64,000 bases of DNA, from the NCBI GenBank assembly GCA_902774045.1, contig CACYGW010000001.1, positions 64,070 to 128,069 on the forward strand, written 5' to 3'. The stretch's first letter is position 1. Every line of letters starts with the position of its first letter. Shown here piece by piece: positions 7,969 through 16,982 of the stretch. The position numbers and the translations under genes are program-made. The notes beneath the pieces were generated by a model. It had not been told where the DNA came from and made no database searches. It saw only the letters and a program-made list of their open reading frames with translations. The stretch is from an uncultured Bacteroidia bacterium. Its GTDB lineage: Bacteria > Bacteroidota > Bacteroidia > Bacteroidales > UBA932.

Positions 7969-10767
7969 CTAAAGTATTTCTTTTAAATAGGGGCCTGTAA
8001 CGGAAACCGGGTCTGCGGCCAGTTCTTCCGGCGTGCCCTGGGCGATGATAAGTCCGCCCTTTCTTCCGCCTTCCGGGCCCATGTCAAATATGTAGTCTAC
8101 AGACTTCAGTACGTCTAGGTTATGTTCTATGATTATAACTGTATTTCCTTGGTCAACAAGCTTTTGCAGAGCGGTAAGCAGGACTTTTATATCCTCGTGG
8201 TGCAGGCCTGTAGTAGGCTCGTCCAAGATGTAGAGGGTGTTTCCGGTAGATTTGCGGAACAACTCTGCGGCTAGTTTCATTCTCTGGCTCTCGCCTCCGG
8301 AAAGGGTAACGGAACTCTGGCCAAGGTGAACGTATCCCAGGCCCACGTCCACAAGGGCCCCCAGTTTCTGGGCAATCTTGGGTATGGGCTTAAAGAACTC
8401 GTAGGCCTCTTCAATGGACATCTCCAGCACGTCGTTGATATTCTTTCCTTTGTACCGGATTGCCAGAGTGTCCTCGTTATAGCGCCGGCCGCGGCACTCG
8501 TCGCAGGGTACGTTTACGCTGGGAAGAAAGTTCATCTCTATCACCTTTATTCCCGCTCCCTTGCAAGCCTCGCATCTGCCGCCGGGCACGTTAAAAGAGA
8601 AATGACTTGCTCCTACGCCCCTTATCCTGGCGTCCATGGTATCGGCAAACAAGGCCCGGATATCCCCAAAGACATCGGTAAAGGTGGCCGGATTGCTCCT
8701 TGTGGTCTTGCCGATTGGGCTCTGGTCTATCTCTATGAGTTTGTCTATATTCTCTATCCCGCTTATGCCGTCGCAGGGCAGGGACTTTACTTTTGAGCGG
8801 TAGAGATTGTTTTTAAGAAGAGGCATAAGAGTCTCGTTTATAAGCGAAGACTTGCCGCTTCCGCTTACTCCGGCAACGCCTACAAAACAGCCCAGAGGAA
8901 TCTTTACGTCCAGGTTCTTAAGATTATTGCCCCTTGCACCCTTAATACTAATGAAGAGCCCGTTTCCTCTGCGCCTTGCAGGGGGGACCTCTATCTTGCG
9001 CTTCCCAAGGAGGTAGTCCAGCGTAAGCGATTCCCCAAAGATACAATGAGAGAGAGTTTCCTTGTCCGGCTTGGTTTTACCCATAAGCACGCCGGTGGGT
9101 GCGCTAAGGCAGATTTCGCCTCCCTTCTCTCCCGCTCCCGGACCAACATCCACCAGCCAGTCGGCGCTAAGCATAGTCTCTGCATCGTGCTCTACCACCA
9201 TAATGGAATTGCCCTCGTCGCGCAGCGTCTTAAGAGAAGAAATGAGTTTACGGTTGTCCCTTTGGTGGAGACCTATTGATGGCTCGTCCAGAATATACAG
9301 TACATTAACCAGTTTGGAGCCAATCTGAGTAGCCAGACGAATTCTCTGGCTCTCCCCGCCGGAAAGCGAGGCCGTAGGCCTGTCCAGCGAAAGATAGTCC
9401 AGCCCCACGTCCATCATAAACCTAACCCTCTCCCGCAGTTCCTTAAGAATGTCCCTGGCTATGGCTTTCTGCCTTGTGTCCAGAACCTCCTCTATGCCGG
9501 ACAGCCATTGCTGCAAGGCACTTATCTCCATTGCAGACACCTCAGTTATGGTTTTGCCGTCTATCTTAAAGTACGATGCGTTCTGGTTAAGGCGGGATCC
9601 GTTGCACACAGGGCAGGTAATCTTGTCTTCTATATCCTCTGCCACCCCGGGGTAGGCCACCATTTCCGATGTGGCACCCTCTCCTATGCGGAACAGCTCG
9701 TCCGAGCCAAAAATCAACAGACTCACCGCCTCGTCCGGTATGGCGGCTATGGGGTCGTATATGGAAAAATTGTATTTTCTGGCTATGGCCCTGATGACCT
9801 CGAATTTCTTATTCTCGCGCACCTTGCCAAGGGGAACTATTCCGCCTTCGGCAATTGAAAGTTTTTTATCCGGGACGATGGTTTCAAGGTTTATGTCTAC
9901 TATCGTTCCAAGTCCCTTGCAGTGGGGGCAGTAGCCCTCCGGGGAGTTGAAGGAGAAGCTGTGCGGGGCCGGTTCGCTTATGGAAAGCCCGCTCTGGGGA
10001 TCTACAAGATGCTTGGAGAAGTGTTGGATTTTTTCTGTCTCAAGGTCCATTACCGCAACCGAACCCTTGCCGATAGACAGCGTCCTGGCTACGGATTCCC
10101 TTATCCGCGCAAGGTCAGAGGCGCCTTCCGGCTTGAGCCGGTCTACTACAAGTTCTATGAAATGTGTCTTGTACCTGTCAAGCTGGGAAACCTCTGCCAG
10201 GTCCAAAATCTCTCCGTCAATGCGCACCTGGGTGTATCCGCGCCGCCGCATCTGCTCAAAGAGCTCTTTGTAATGGCCCTTTCGGCCGCGGACTATAGGG
10301 GCAAGAAGATAGCATTTGCGGGATTTGTAACCGGATATTATGAGGTCTACTATCTGCTCGTCGGTGTAGCGGACCATCTCCAGCCCAGACTGTGGAGAGT
10401 AGGCCTTGGAGGCCCTTGCATACAGCAGCCTAAGAAAGTCGTAAACCTCCGTTATTGTGCCCACGGTAGAACGAGGGTTGTTTCCGGTGGTTTTCTGCTC
10501 TATGGCAATGATGGGGCTCAGACCCTTTATTTCTTCTACGTCCGGCTTCTCCAGAACGCCCATGAAATGCTTGGCATAGGGGCTAAGGGTATCCATATAA
10601 CGCCTCTGTCCCTCGGCATAAATAGTGTCGAAGGCAAGCGAGGACTTCCCGCTGCCACTAAGCCCGGTAACAACCACGAACTCTCCCCTTGGAATGTCTA
10701 CGTCCTGATTCTTAAGGTTATGAGCCGAGGCACCGCGTATGCTAAGATATTCTCTTTTTTCAGGCAT
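7969..10767 (-). CDS. uvrA: Excinuclease ABC subunit A
   Basis: 932 aa. Two ABC ATPase modules (GLSGSGKSSL and GVSGSGKSSL Walker A; LSGGESQR signatures twice). Zinc-finger cysteines (CPHCKG, CPVCNG, CEACKGAG, CDECRG). Confidence 0.97.
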   Translation of the reverse strand: MPEKREYLSIRGASAHNLKNQDVDIPRGEFVVVTGLSGSGKSSLAFDTIYAEGQRRYMDTLSPYAKHFMGVLEKPDVEEIKGLSPIIAIEQKTTGNNPRSTVGTITEVYDFLRLLYARASKAYSPQSGLEMVRYTDEQIVDLIISGYKSRKCYLLAPIVRGRKGHYKELFEQMRRRGYTQVRIDGEILDLAEVSQLDRYKTHFIELVVDRLKPEGASDLARIRESVARTLSIGKGSVAVMDLETEKIQHFSKHLVDPQSGLSISEPAPHSFSFNSPEGYCPHCKGLGTIVDINLETIVPDKKLSIAEGGIVPLGKVRENKKFEVIRAIARKYNFSIYDPIAAIPDEAVSLLIFGSDELFRIGEGATSEMVAYPGVAEDIEDKITCPVCNGSRLNQNASYFKIDGKTITEVSAMEISALQQWLSGIEEVLDTRQKAIARDILKELRERVRFMMDVGLDYLSLDRPTASLSGGESQRIRLATQIGSKLVNVLYILDEPSIGLHQRDNRKLISSLKTLRDEGNSIMVVEHDAETMLSADWLVDVGPGAGEKGGEICLSAPTGVLMGKTKPDKETLSHCIFGESLTLDYLLGKRKIEVPPARRRGNGLFISIKGARGNNLKNLDVKIPLGCFVGVAGVSGSGKSSLINETLMPLLKNNLYRSKVKSLPCDGISGIENIDKLIEIDQSPIGKTTRSNPATFTDVFGDIRALFADTMDARIRGVGASHFSFNVPGGRCEACKGAGIKVIEMNFLPSVNVPCDECRGRRYNEDTLAIRYKGKNINDVLEMSIEEAYEFFKPIPKIAQKLGALVDVGLGYVHLGQSSVTLSGGESQRMKLAAELFRKSTGNTLYILDEPTTGLHHEDIKVLLTALQKLVDQGNTVIIIEHNLDVLKSVDYIFDMGPEGGRKGGLIIAQGTPEELAADPVSVTGPYLKEIL

Positions 10768-11437
10768 TATCTATGTCTCCCTCTTTCTCGTTGAAAGGCT
10801 GAAGGAATGGATTGGTGGTACGCTCTGCGGCTATGCTGGAAGAGGGCCCGTGGCCGGGATACACAGCGGTGTCGCTGTCCAGCCACATAAGCTTTTCCAT
10901 AATACCAACAATGAGTTTGTCGTAATCTCCGTAATCTGTATCCGTGCGGCCAATGGTGCCGGCAAAAAGCGTATCGCCGGTAAACAGGACCTTCTGCTCT
11001 TTGCTATAATAGCACACCCCTCCTGGAGTATGGCCGGGCGTGCCGATGACTTCAAATACCGTGTCCCCGAAGGAGACTTTGTCACCATCGGCAATGGACT
11101 CGAAATCAAATCCTTCCGGTGCGGAGGCCAGATGGTAGTAGTCTGTAAGCTCCCTGTTCCAATTCTGGAGAAGGGGCTTGTCGGCAGGGTTAAGGTATAT
11201 CTTAATACCATAGGCCTTGGCCAATTCTTCTACTCCGAAGATGTGGTCGAAGTGCCCGTGGGTGAGCAGAATTTTAACCGGACGAGCGCCGCTCTGCTCT
11301 ATGACGCGCCGCAGAGCAGCTACCTCTTCCTGCTTCTGACAGCCGGGGTCTATAATTACGCCCTGACCGCTGTCGTCCCACACAAAATAGGTATTTTCTG
11401 CAAAGGCGTTAAAAGTAAGTCTTTTAATTTTTAGCAT
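10760..11437 (-). CDS. MBL-fold metallo-hydrolase (glyoxalase II-like)
   Basis: 225 aa with the HGHFDH metal-binding motif (LLTHGHFDHIFG). It overlaps uvrA by 8 nt and the upstream GH97 gene by 14 nt. Confidence 0.85.
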   Translation of the reverse strand: MLKIKRLTFNAFAENTYFVWDDSGQGVIIDPGCQKQEEVAALRRVIEQSGARPVKILLTHGHFDHIFGVEELAKAYGIKIYLNPADKPLLQNWNRELTDYYHLASAPEGFDFESIADGDKVSFGDTVFEVIGTPGHTPGGVCYYSKEQKVLFTGDTLFAGTIGRTDTDYGDYDKLIVGIMEKLMWLDSDTAVYPGHGPSSSIAAERTTNPFLQPFNEKEGDIDNA

Positions 11438-13700
11438 CAGTTTCTCTTAGTGAAATGGCAAATCCACCGCAGCGGGCCATCTTTATGCTTATGCTGTCAG
11501 CTGCGGTAACAAGGCGTTTTGTAATGGTGTAAGACTGGGGAGCAGTCTCGTAGTCGGCATCGGGACCATCGGCATAAATAGTTGCCTCATAAGTTTTGCC
11601 CGGGGTAAGGAAATCAAAGGCAAAGCTAGCCTCGCGGGGGTTTTCGTCGTTAACTCCGCCAACATACCATACGTCGCGGGCCTTTGTCCTTGCCAAATCT
11701 GCAGTAGTGGCGTTCTCCGGCAGGGCATAGACAAACTTGGCAGCCCCGCTTACGGAATTTTTCTTGCCGTCCTTAAGTGTGGCTACGCTCTCGTGGGCCT
11801 TGTTAAGGGAGGATAGTTTGGGGTGGCGGGCCGTTATTATGTAGTCTCCTGGCTCTGCATCAATGTAAACGCTCTTGTCCCAGTCTACGGCAACATCCTT
11901 TATGAACTGGAAGGCATCCATAAAGCGGGCGTAGTTCTCCGGGAAGTCGGCTGCCATCTGCAGAGGAGAATAGAAGGTTACATATATTCCAAGCTGGTTG
12001 GCGATGGTTACCTTTATCTTGCCGTTCCCGTGCTTGTTAATCTTGGACATGTCGTTCTCGAAGATGCCGGGGGTGTAGTCCATGGGACCGCCCTGCAGGC
12101 GGGTGAACGGGAGAATTGTAGTGTGGCCGGGTTCTATCCTGGTCTTGAACTCCGTTCCCATTGCGGACTCGTTTCCAATATGGTTGGGCCAGGTGCGGCA
12201 AAGTCCTGTGGGACGCACTGCCTCGTGAGCGTTAACCATTATGTGGTGCTCTGCGGCCTGCTTAATAGCGTAGGCGTAGTGGTTAATAAGGGGTTGGCTG
12301 TAGTGATACTCGCCGTAGGGAATAATGTCGCCCACGTAGCCGCTCTTTACTGCATTGTAGCCGTACTTGTTCATGAGGGTGTAGGCCTTCTCCATCCACC
12401 TTTCGTAGTTGAGGGTGGATGAGGAGGTCTCGTGATGCATTATAATGCGGATACCATTGGAGTGGGCATAGGCGTTGAGGGCCTCTATGTCAAAGTCCGG
12501 GTAGGGAGTTATAAAGTCAAAGACAAAGTCTTTCTTGTTGCCAATCCAGTCTTCCCAGCCCTCGTTCCAGCCTTCTACAAGAATTGCGTCAAAGCCGTTT
12601 TCGGAGGCAAAATCTATGTAACGTCGCACGTTATCGTTATTGGCCGAGTGCCTTCCGTGCGGCTTGGATTTGGAATAATCCGTAATTCCAAGCTGAACGG
12701 AGGGGTAGTCGTCGGTGTAGGACCAAGTGCCGTTTCCGGCAATCATCTCCCACCATACACCCATATATTTAACGGGGTGAATCCAGCTTACATCCTCTAT
12801 TGCACAGGGCTCGTTGAGGTTTAGTATAAGGCGGCTTGCAAGCACCTCCGTGGCGGAATTTACTACCATAACAGTGCGCCAGGGGGTTTTGCAAGGTGCC
12901 TGCATACGGCCCTTTACGCCTTCTGCGTCAGGGGTGAGCCAGGTGCTAAGTACAAAGTTCTTGTCGTCCAGAAAAAGGTTGGTGGTGGGGTAATTGACTA
13001 CGGCAGCCTCGTGAATGTTTACGTAAAGACCTTCTGCCGTTTTCATCTGAAGAGAGGTCTGAACTCCCGTCTGAGAGAACCCTTCTTCCGATGCGTTGGG
13101 TATGCGCTTGGAAGGGTAGAGCTTTCTTACCTCGGAGAGTTTGCTCTGGGTGTAGGCATACTCCTGGGTGTCGTAGTCCCCGGGAATCCACCATGCAGTG
13201 TGGTCTCCGGAAAGGGCAAACTCAGTAAGCTCTTCCTTTATATTAAAATAAGCCAGCTTGTTCTCCAGGGGGAACTCATAGCGGAAGCCTATGCCGTCGT
13301 TGTAAACGCGGAAGGTTATATTCATTGCCACTCCGTCTTCCCTGCCAAGGAAGAACGTGCTCTCGTTGAACCTGTTGGCAATCTTGGCCTCCTCTCCCCA
13401 GACGGGCTCCCAGTCTTCTTCTGCACTGCGGGAAGAAGTGTTCTTAAGTGAGAAGCCGCTCTGCAGGTCCGGATTGCTCCCAAAGAGCTGGAATCCCAGC
13501 TTACTGGGGAGTATTACCTGAACGGAGTCCTTGCAAAGACTGTACATAGGGGTCCCGTTTTCTGACAGGGCAAATATCAGAGCAACGTGGCCGTCCGGGC
13601 TGGAAACGGTTTCTCCCACAAGGGATTTGGGTCTGTCCGGGGTGCCGGTGCATCCAAAAAAGACAGCAAGCGAAAAAGCGAGTGATAAAAGTTTCTTCAT
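11424..13700 (-). CDS. GH97 alpha-glucosidase (SusB-like)
   Basis: 758 aa. Signal/lipobox MKKLLSLAFSLAVFFGCTG. The size and the VEGWNEGWEDW motif are characteristic of family GH97. Confidence 0.85.
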   Translation of the reverse strand: MKKLLSLAFSLAVFFGCTGTPDRPKSLVGETVSSPDGHVALIFALSENGTPMYSLCKDSVQVILPSKLGFQLFGSNPDLQSGFSLKNTSSRSAEEDWEPVWGEEAKIANRFNESTFFLGREDGVAMNITFRVYNDGIGFRYEFPLENKLAYFNIKEELTEFALSGDHTAWWIPGDYDTQEYAYTQSKLSEVRKLYPSKRIPNASEEGFSQTGVQTSLQMKTAEGLYVNIHEAAVVNYPTTNLFLDDKNFVLSTWLTPDAEGVKGRMQAPCKTPWRTVMVVNSATEVLASRLILNLNEPCAIEDVSWIHPVKYMGVWWEMIAGNGTWSYTDDYPSVQLGITDYSKSKPHGRHSANNDNVRRYIDFASENGFDAILVEGWNEGWEDWIGNKKDFVFDFITPYPDFDIEALNAYAHSNGIRIIMHHETSSSTLNYERWMEKAYTLMNKYGYNAVKSGYVGDIIPYGEYHYSQPLINHYAYAIKQAAEHHIMVNAHEAVRPTGLCRTWPNHIGNESAMGTEFKTRIEPGHTTILPFTRLQGGPMDYTPGIFENDMSKINKHGNGKIKVTIANQLGIYVTFYSPLQMAADFPENYARFMDAFQFIKDVAVDWDKSVYIDAEPGDYIITARHPKLSSLNKAHESVATLKDGKKNSVSGAAKFVYALPENATTADLARTKARDVWYVGGVNDENPREASFAFDFLTPGKTYEATIYADGPDADYETAPQSYTITKRLVTAADSISIKMARCGGFAISLRETDAKN

Positions 13701-13833
13701 ATTAAATATGGTTTTATTCGGAGCGCATAAAGCCCTTAAAGATACTCAACATCTAACGTAAAAACAAGAATTCTACCAAAAAGAAAAAAGGACTTGTTTT
13801 TTTTACAAAAAATGCTAAACTTTATACTTGGAA

Positions 13834-14601
13834 ATGAAAAGTTGGTCTTCCCCCATAGTACTTCTGCCCCTTACCAGCGTTGGTTACAAGGAGTCGCCGC
13901 TTGAGCCGGAGCGTCAATACGCCGGCTGGTGTATGCTGTATCTTTTGTCCGGAGAAGTGGTTCTGCAAGTAGAAGGAGAGATGTTCAGGGTTACTCCCGG
14001 GGAATTCCTGCTTCTGCCCCCGGGAATGCGCTTCCGCGCCGTTTGGTTCCGTAACAGCATCGGGTATACGGGCGGGTTCGAGGAAGAGACTATGAAAGAC
14101 CTAAGCTATTCTCTGCTACGGAGCACCACCCCGGTTCGCTTCAAGGTTGCCGTTAACGACGAACCGCTTGTGAGCGAGGTCTTTGAGTCCATGCTGCGTA
14201 ACAAGTCCAACATAAGGTATCTGGCCTCGGCCATAGACCTGCTTCTTAACCTCCTGCATATGGACGTTAATGAGGAAAAACTGTGCAGCCGTTTTCTGGA
14301 CGAGATTTTCAAGGGCAGCCCCATCCACGACGGCCCATCTTTCTACAGCGATATGCTAGGAGTTACACCCTTCGCCCTTAACAGGGTCGTTAAAGCAGAG
14401 ACCGGCCGCACGACAGGAGAGTGGATTGCCATAGCCAGGATTATTCTGGCAAAAAGATATCTAAAGGATAAGTTCCTTAGTATGTCGGAAGTAAGCGAGA
14501 AAGTAGGGTTCGAGGACCAGAGTTATTTCTCCAGATTCTTCCGCAAGCACGAGGGCGTGACACCTTCCAAATATAGGAACAGTTTGTTTAAAAAGTCCTA
14601 A
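13834..14601 (+). CDS. AraC-family transcriptional regulator
   Basis: The C-terminal AraC HTH is recognisable (LSMSEVSEKVGFEDQSYFSRFFRKHEGVTPSKYR) and the N-terminus is cupin-like. The ORF-track start at 13828 is a TTG, so the first ATG (13834) is used here. Confidence 0.85.
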   Translation: MKSWSSPIVLLPLTSVGYKESPLEPERQYAGWCMLYLLSGEVVLQVEGEMFRVTPGEFLLLPPGMRFRAVWFRNSIGYTGGFEEETMKDLSYSLLRSTTPVRFKVAVNDEPLVSEVFESMLRNKSNIRYLASAIDLLLNLLHMDVNEEKLCSRFLDEIFKGSPIHDGPSFYSDMLGVTPFALNRVVKAETGRTTGEWIAIARIILAKRYLKDKFLSMSEVSEKVGFEDQSYFSRFFRKHEGVTPSKYRNSLFKKS

Positions 14602-14642
14602 AAACACACGGGAATTCCTAAATTTTTAGCCTTAAATTGGCT

Positions 14643-14650
14643 TACATTTG
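14643..14650 (+). promoter_or_regulatory. Bacteroidota -7 promoter box (TACATTTG)
   Basis: Exact match to the TAnnTTTG consensus, 26 nt upstream of the TonB-dependent receptor ATG (14676). Confidence 0.5.
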
Positions 14651-14675
14651 CAGCTGAATATTTATTTGTCAAGTT

Positions 14676-16901
14676 ATGATGTTCAGTTTTGCAATAGCGG
14701 GCCTTTTGCTCGTTTCTGCCGGCTCAGAGCCGGTTTCGGTGGCTATAGAAGATACTCTCAAGGCTTCCGTGGTAAGTGTGTCAAAGGTTAATGCGTTGCT
14801 GGACAAGGCATCGGCTTCCGTGATAACCGTTTCTTCCCGCGAGGCCAGCGAGAAGAAAATAGAGGCCCCCAAGGCACTGTCTTCGCTGGTTCCCAATCTT
14901 CACATTCCGGACTACGGTTCTGCGATGACTTCTTCTATATATGTGCGGGGAATTGGCTCCAGAATGGAGAATCCCTCCATCGGCCTTTATGTAGACGAGG
15001 TTCCGGTGCTGGACAAAAATATGTTCGATACCGACTTTCTGGACATTCAGAACATTAACTTTATTTCCGGCCCCCAGGGTACGCTCTTCGGGCGTAACGC
15101 AATGATGGGAGTGCTCTCGGTAGAGACTCTGAAACCATCGGCCCAAAATAAAAATTTTGTTTCCCTGGGCTTTGGTAGCGGGGGCGCAAAGGAGGCATCG
15201 GCCCTGCTTGGCAATGATGTTCTGATGCTGGCGGCAAAGGCTTTTGACCTGAATGGCTTTTATACAAATACATATAATGACAGTAAAATAGACGGAGGCC
15301 GCGGCCTGTCCTTCAGGATAAAATATCGGCCTTATCGCAGGGAAGGCCGCAGCTCCGACTATTCACTATGGGTATCGTATCTTAATCAGGGTGGGTGGCC
15401 CTACCGTCAGATGGGTGACGATGGCGCCATGGCCCCGCTGTCCTTTAACGACCGTAATCACTACAGCCGCCTGTCGCTGCTGGCATCAGCCCGGGAAGGC
15501 TTCGGCATAGGAAACCATCGGCTTAAAAATATAGTGTCGCTCCAGATGATGGGGGATAAAATGTCTCTGGACCAGGACTTTACCCCGGCAAGTATGTTCA
15601 CCCTCCAGCAAAGGCAAAGGCAGGCGGCACTTACAGAAGAACTTATTTTCAAGCCTTCATCCGGCGTGTCCTGGTGGGATTCGCAGACGGGTTTGTTTGC
15701 CTCTGTAAAGTATAACCGTATGCACGCGCCGGTGAATTTTCTTCCCGACGGCATAGAAACCCTCATCCTTGGCAATGCCAATTCGCATATTCCTCCGTTC
15801 GTGGGGCAGCTTGCCTTTGAGGAGGAGTCTTTTATAATAGGGAGCGATTTTGACCTTTTCTATCAGAATACTGCCCTTTACCACGAGTCCTGGTTTACCT
15901 TTGGGCTGTGGAAGTTCACGGCTGGAATAAGGGCGGACTTCGAGTATCAGCATATGGCCTACGACAGCCGGGCTACCGTCCATTACGCCCTGCCGCCAAG
16001 GATGCCGTCCTTCAAGGAACTGGAAACCGTGTTCGAGGGCTCAATAGATAACTCCTGGCTGCAGATTGTGCCCAAGGTGGCCGTGCGCTACGGAACGGAA
16101 AAGGACTATCTCTACGCATCTGCGGCCGGAGGCTTCAGGGCCGGCGGCTTCAATACGCAGATTTTTTCCGATATGCTGCAGAACCTTATGACCGCGAATC
16201 TTATGGATGCCTTCGGGGTCCATATTGATGGCTACTCCACCACGGCGGATGCTTCTTCTACCGAGTACAAGCCGGAGGAAAGCTGGAACTTCGAGGCCGG
16301 CGGGCGCACCTCCTTCTCCGCAGGGGCCTCGTCCTTCATACTGGCAGCATCGGCCTTCGATATAGAATGTCGCAATCAGCAAATAACCATATTCCCCAGG
16401 GGGAATGCCACCGGCCGTTTGATGGCAAATGCCGGCAGGTCCCGTAGTTTTGGGGCCGATGGTTCCCTTTCCTGGCTTTGGAATGGCTTCAGGGCCGACG
16501 TGCGGGCCGGATGGTGCCACGCTACCTTCAGGGAGTACAATGACAATATCAACGATTATGCGGGCAGGCATATTCCCTATGCTCCCGTGGCAACCTGGTA
16601 CGGGGCGCTTGGCCGCCATTTCTCCTTTGCCGGCAAGACGCTTAAGGGCCTGTCCCTTTCTGTATCTGCCTGCGGAACCGGACGCATCTGGTGGAATGAG
16701 GACAACTCCCTTTGGCAGAAGGCCTATTGTCTTTTTGGGGCCGATGCTTCCGTTGATTTTGACAGATTCCAGGTCTTTGCGCACGCCTCCAATCTCTTTG
16801 AAAAGGACTACGGAGTGTTTTGCTTTAAGTCCGTGGGTAACACTTTCATTCAGAGGGGACGCCCCCGCTGCATCTTTGTGGGCGTCAGAATAAATATTTA
16901 A
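14676..16901 (+). CDS. TonB-dependent receptor (non-SusC type)
   Basis: 741 aa. Plug-domain motifs (IYVRGIGSRMENPSIGLYVDEVPV, FISGPQGTLFGRNAMMGV). Beta-barrel C-terminus ending in an aromatic-rich strand. No SusD partner downstream. Confidence 0.85.
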   Translation: MMFSFAIAGLLLVSAGSEPVSVAIEDTLKASVVSVSKVNALLDKASASVITVSSREASEKKIEAPKALSSLVPNLHIPDYGSAMTSSIYVRGIGSRMENPSIGLYVDEVPVLDKNMFDTDFLDIQNINFISGPQGTLFGRNAMMGVLSVETLKPSAQNKNFVSLGFGSGGAKEASALLGNDVLMLAAKAFDLNGFYTNTYNDSKIDGGRGLSFRIKYRPYRREGRSSDYSLWVSYLNQGGWPYRQMGDDGAMAPLSFNDRNHYSRLSLLASAREGFGIGNHRLKNIVSLQMMGDKMSLDQDFTPASMFTLQQRQRQAALTEELIFKPSSGVSWWDSQTGLFASVKYNRMHAPVNFLPDGIETLILGNANSHIPPFVGQLAFEEESFIIGSDFDLFYQNTALYHESWFTFGLWKFTAGIRADFEYQHMAYDSRATVHYALPPRMPSFKELETVFEGSIDNSWLQIVPKVAVRYGTEKDYLYASAAGGFRAGGFNTQIFSDMLQNLMTANLMDAFGVHIDGYSTTADASSTEYKPEESWNFEAGGRTSFSAGASSFILAASAFDIECRNQQITIFPRGNATGRLMANAGRSRSFGADGSLSWLWNGFRADVRAGWCHATFREYNDNINDYAGRHIPYAPVATWYGALGRHFSFAGKTLKGLSLSVSACGTGRIWWNEDNSLWQKAYCLFGADASVDFDRFQVFAHASNLFEKDYGVFCFKSVGNTFIQRGRPRCIFVGVRINI

Positions 16902-16941
16902 CATTATAAAAATAAAAATTTCGTTTTAAAATCGTTTTTTG

Positions 16942-16949
16942 TAAATTTG
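16942..16949 (+). promoter_or_regulatory. Bacteroidota -7 promoter box (TAAATTTG)
   Basis: Exact TAnnTTTG match 34 nt upstream of the MFS transporter ATG (16983), in an AT-rich spacer. Confidence 0.5.
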
Positions 16950-16982
16950 TCTGCTTGATAATTTTATAACTCAATAATAATT

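Noticed and set aside
10760-11437. GH97-MBL hydrolase-uvrA overlaps (14 nt and 8 nt), considered as a sign of a functional system.
   Set aside because: Gene overlaps are frequent in this compact genome. The three products have no known mechanistic link. There is no evidence beyond adjacency.
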